This document shows positions 16,509-19,686 of a DNA stretch of 19,686 nucleotides, piece after piece. Position 1 is the stretch's first letter. Every line of letters begins with the position of its first letter. Both the position numbers and the translations under genes were made by a program. A model generated the notes under the pieces. It was not told the origin of the DNA and did no database searches. It was given only the letters and a program-made list of their open reading frames with translations. The DNA comes from an uncultured Chloroflexia bacterium (GTDB lineage: Bacteria; Chloroflexota; Anaerolineae; B4-G1; SLSP01), in assembly GCA_963751345.1 (NCBI GenBank), contig CAVVUS010000042.1:1-19686 (forward strand), given 5' to 3'.

Positions 16509-17909
16509 ATGTCAGGTGGTGACGTAACAGATCGGCCGTACTCGAGCAAGCTGGCCTTTCCATCGGCGGATGCCCTGATCTTTGGCACAGCCACGCAGCC
16601 GGTAACCGCCGGCTATGGAGTCGTCATCGGCGGCGGCGACGTACTCCCCGAGGTGAAGTTCACGCTGCCGCCCATCCTGATCGAACCAGGCACGCTCCCT
16701 GAGATCCACCGGATCTACCGAGAGATCGCCACACAGATACTGCAGCGCGCCGTGCAACTATCACAGCCCGCGCTGGTGCTGGAGTTCGAGCAGCTCTACG
16801 AGATGACGCTCCATCCCGAGATCGGCGCAGCCATCACGGCGGATCTCAAGGAGATAATGGACGAGTTCCATACGCGCCACGGCCTGCGGACCGCCCTGCG
16901 CGTGACGGTCGCCGACATCAGGGAACAGACGCGACCGCCTCAGATGCGGCGGGGCGCGCTGCTCGACAGCATGCTGGAGTCCTTTGATCGCTGTGCGGAG
17001 GCCGGTGCGGATATCCTGGCTATCGAGAGCACCGGGGGCAAGGAGGTCTCGGACCAGGCCCTGCTGGAGGCGAATCTCGACGGGCTCGCTTACGCTCTGG
17101 GAGTCTTGGCGCCCCGCGACATGGGCTTTCTATGGGACCACATCACGGCCATCGCCCGCGACCACGGCATCGTCTCAGGGGGCGACACGGCCTGCGGCTT
17201 CGGGAACACCGCGATGCAGCTCGCCCACCAGGGCATGCTCCCCAAGGTGCTCGCCGCCATCGTGCGGCTGATGACCGCGCCGCGCTCGCTGGTGGCGGTG
17301 CTTCACGGTGCGACAGGACCGCTAAAGGACTGCGGCTACGAGAACCCGGTGATCAAGGCCATCACAGGCGTGCCGATCTCTATGGAGGGAAAATCCAGCG
17401 CCTGCGCTCACTCGTCGCCGTTGGGCAATATCGCCGCCGCGGCCTGTGATCTGTGGAGCAACGAGTCGGTCCAGCAGGTCCGCCTGCTGGGCGGATATGC
17501 CCCCGAGACGTTCGCCGAGATCCTGATCTACGATGCCCGCCAGATGAACACCGCTAGGGAGATGGGGCTTGCGCACCAACTGCGCGACATCTTCATACGG
17601 TCGGACCGCTACCTCGATCCCCAGGCCCTCGTCCTGGACCCGGCCGTGATGTATGCCGCGGGCGAGCACATCGTCGCCGCGGGCGAGGATTCCTACGCGC
17701 AGACGCTTGCGATGGCGCACTTTGCCGTAGAAACGATCCGGGGAGCAGTCGATGCGGGGAAGGTCACGCTCGACAAGCGCGAGACCCGCTGGTTTGAGCG
17801 GTTGAGCCGCGCGGTCGCCGAACTACCTGACGATCCGGAGATATTGAGCCGCAGGCTCCCGCCGGCCTATCACGACCTCTTCCTGCCGGAGGCGTACGGC
17901 CTGGGATGA
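16509..17909 (+). CDS. mtaB: Methanol:corrinoid methyltransferase MtaB
   Basis: IESTGGKE, GDTACGFGNTAM, GPLKDCGYE, IKAITGVPISMEGKSSACAH, DLWSNES and YDARQMN. The Glu/Cys/Cys zinc-ligand motifs are retained. Start is 16503 GTG or 16509 ATG. Confidence 0.92.
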   Translation: MSGGDVTDRPYSSKLAFPSADALIFGTATQPVTAGYGVVIGGGDVLPEVKFTLPPILIEPGTLPEIHRIYREIATQILQRAVQLSQPALVLEFEQLYEMTLHPEIGAAITADLKEIMDEFHTRHGLRTALRVTVADIREQTRPPQMRRGALLDSMLESFDRCAEAGADILAIESTGGKEVSDQALLEANLDGLAYALGVLAPRDMGFLWDHITAIARDHGIVSGGDTACGFGNTAMQLAHQGMLPKVLAAIVRLMTAPRSLVAVLHGATGPLKDCGYENPVIKAITGVPISMEGKSSACAHSSPLGNIAAAACDLWSNESVQQVRLLGGYAPETFAEILIYDARQMNTAREMGLAHQLRDIFIRSDRYLDPQALVLDPAVMYAAGEHIVAAGEDSYAQTLAMAHFAVETIRGAVDAGKVTLDKRETRWFERLSRAVAELPDDPEILSRRLPPAYHDLFLPEAYGLG

Positions 17910-17920
17910 CCTGTGTGGCC

Positions 17921-17958
17921 AGACGCGGGTGAGGTGCTCGAGCACCTCACCCGCGTCT
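17921..17958. repeat. Perfect 38-bp palindrome between convergent genes (possible bidirectional terminator)
   Basis: AGACGCGGGTGAGGTGCTC|GAGCACCTCACCCGCGTCT: 19-bp arms with no spacer, overlapping the ATPase stop codon. Confidence 0.85.
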
Positions 17959-19686
17959 CATTCTCATCCCGTTCACGATCACCGCCAACGAGGCGCCGAC
18001 GTCAGCGACGATGGCCATCCAAAGTGTGGCAACGCCCATGACCGCCAGCGTGAAGACCAAGGCCTTGATGCCAAGGGCAAAGGCCACGTTGGTGCGGATC
18101 GTGCGCTGCGTTCTACGGCTCAACTGCAGTAAAGAAGGTAACTGGCGCAGGTCGTCGCCCATCAGGACCACATCGGCGGTCTCCATCGCCTGATCGGAAC
18201 CCGCACCGCCCATCGCGATCCCCACGGATGCCTGTGCGAGGGCCGGAGCGTCGTTGACGCCGTCCCCCACCATCGCAACGACCACGCCACCCTCGGATAG
18301 CTCGCGGATCGCGGCCACCTTGTCCTCGGGCAGCAGTTCAGCCCGCACCTCGTCGATGCCCACCTCGGCCGCAATCGCCCGGGCGACCGGGGAGCTATCA
18401 CCGGTCAGCATCACGGTGCGCACGCCGCCGGCCCGAAGCGCGGAAACCATCTCTGCCGTCTCGGGCCGGGGCGTATCGGCGACGGCAAAGATCGAGCAGA
18501 CATTCTCGTCGTGGCAGACCATCATCACGGTCTTGCCCTCAGAAGCCAGGCGGTCGGCGTCGAGACAGACGGCCTCGTCGTGTGGCATGCTCTGATCGAA
18601 AAACGTGTGGCTGGCAACGGTGACCTGGCGGCCGTTGACCCGACCGGTCACACCGCGGCCGCTCAGCACGCTCACCTCGGACGATGGAAGGACGGCCACG
18701 TGCTGTGCTGCGGCTTCCTCAACCAGCGCCCTGGCCAGCGGGTGAGACGACTGCGTCTCCACCGCCGCCGCATAGCCTAGCCCCGCGTGCTCGTGTGAGG
18801 TGTCGCTGCAGACTGTGAGGTTGTCGGTAATAGTGGGCCGGCCCATCGTGAGCGTTCCCGTCTTGTCAAGGGCGAAGACCTGGACGCGCCCCAGCGTCTC
18901 CAGTGTGTTTCCGCCCTTGATGAGCACACCGTGTGCCGCGGCGTTCGTCAACGCGCTGACCACCGTCACGGGGGTGCTGATGACCAACGCACAGGGGCAC
19001 GCGATGACCAGCATCTGCAGCGCGCGCATCAGCCAGCCGTGGTCGCCCCAAAAGGGCTGGCCAAAGAACAACGGCGGCACAACAGCAACTAACAATGCGA
19101 CCACCGCGACCACGGGCGTGTAGACCGTGGCGAAGCGATCGACAAAGCGCTGCACCGGTGCCTGGCGGGCCTGGGCCTCGCGGACCAACTCGACCATCCG
19201 GCTGAGGGTTGTGTCCTCCTGCCGCCGCGTGACCTCGACCTCCAGTGCTCCATAGGTGTTGATGGTACCGGCGAAGACGTCGCTGCCCGGTGCCTTATCC
19301 ACCGGCATGCTCTCACCGGTGATCGCCGCCTGATCCACGGCACTGGCACCGCTCCGCACGACCCCATCGACGCTCACGCGATCGCCGGGCCTGACGCGGA
19401 CGTGGTCGCCCAGCCGCAGCGCTTCCACGGGCACCTCTTCGACTGTGCCCCCCACCCCCATACGCAACGCCGTCGGCGGAGCGAGATCCAGCAGCGCTTC
19501 CAGCGCACCGCGCGACCGCTCGGCAGCAAAACCCTCAAGAGCCTCGCCCAGGGAGAAGAGCACGACGACGATCGAGGCTTCCCACCACTCTCCGATCAGC
19601 ACGGCACCGGTCACCGCGATCACCATCAAGGTGTTAATCCCCAACCCGTGCGCGATCCAGACCTCCTGGAAGGCATGGAGCGCCAC
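17947..19686 (-). CDS. Heavy-metal P1B-type ATPase, Zn/Cd/Pb (ZntA/CadA, P1B-2) type, 5'-truncated by the window edge
   Basis: TGES, CPCAL, DKTGTLT, SSHP, MLTGD and GDGVNDAP. Lys in the penultimate helix (GIK) and ADVG in the last helix are typical of P1B-2. Confidence 0.95.
   Translation of the reverse strand: MALHAFQEVWIAHGLGINTLMVIAVTGAVLIGEWWEASIVVVLFSLGEALEGFAAERSRGALEALLDLAPPTALRMGVGGTVEEVPVEALRLGDHVRVRPGDRVSVDGVVRSGASAVDQAAITGESMPVDKAPGSDVFAGTINTYGALEVEVTRRQEDTTLSRMVELVREAQARQAPVQRFVDRFATVYTPVVAVVALLVAVVPPLFFGQPFWGDHGWLMRALQMLVIACPCALVISTPVTVVSALTNAAAHGVLIKGGNTLETLGRVQVFALDKTGTLTMGRPTITDNLTVCSDTSHEHAGLGYAAAVETQSSHPLARALVEEAAAQHVAVLPSSEVSVLSGRGVTGRVNGRQVTVASHTFFDQSMPHDEAVCLDADRLASEGKTVMMVCHDENVCSIFAVADTPRPETAEMVSALRAGGVRTVMLTGDSSPVARAIAAEVGIDEVRAELLPEDKVAAIRELSEGGVVVAMVGDGVNDAPALAQASVGIAMGGAGSDQAMETADVVLMGDDLRQLPSLLQLSRRTQRTIRTNVAFALGIKALVFTLAVMGVATLWMAIVADVGASLAVIVNGMRMRRG

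Noticed and set aside
1-19686. CRISPR array, tRNA/rRNA, transposase, integrase or defence system
   Set aside because: No regularly spaced repeats, cloverleaf or relevant protein motifs were seen by eye.

Overview
GC-rich bacterial window, probably Chloroflexota/Anaerolineae-like (inferred from gene content and repeat style only). It holds accessory metabolic genes, with no rRNA, tRNA, CRISPR or transposase. In order: 5'-truncated, frameshifted GH78 alpha-L-rhamnosidase; a REP-like doublet; a nucleotidyltransferase; a QueG-like Fe-S protein; YgiD-type dioxygenase; a frameshifted glycoside-hydrolase-like protein; a minus-strand esterase-uxuA-uxuA' unit whose second UxuA copy has lost its metal ligands; a 51-aa DUF5679-like zinc-ribbon gene behind a ~140-nt structured leader; an AhpD/CMD protein; a DUF1361-response regulator-histidine kinase unit followed by a secreted protein; an APH-family kinase; an Asp-box protein; a stand-alone methanol:corrinoid methyltransferase MtaB; and a 5'-truncated P1B-2 heavy-metal ATPase. 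The best leads are the structured RNA leader with its zinc-ribbon protein, the UxuA enzyme/pseudoenzyme pair and the orphan mtaB. The frameshifts look mostly like long-read indel errors.
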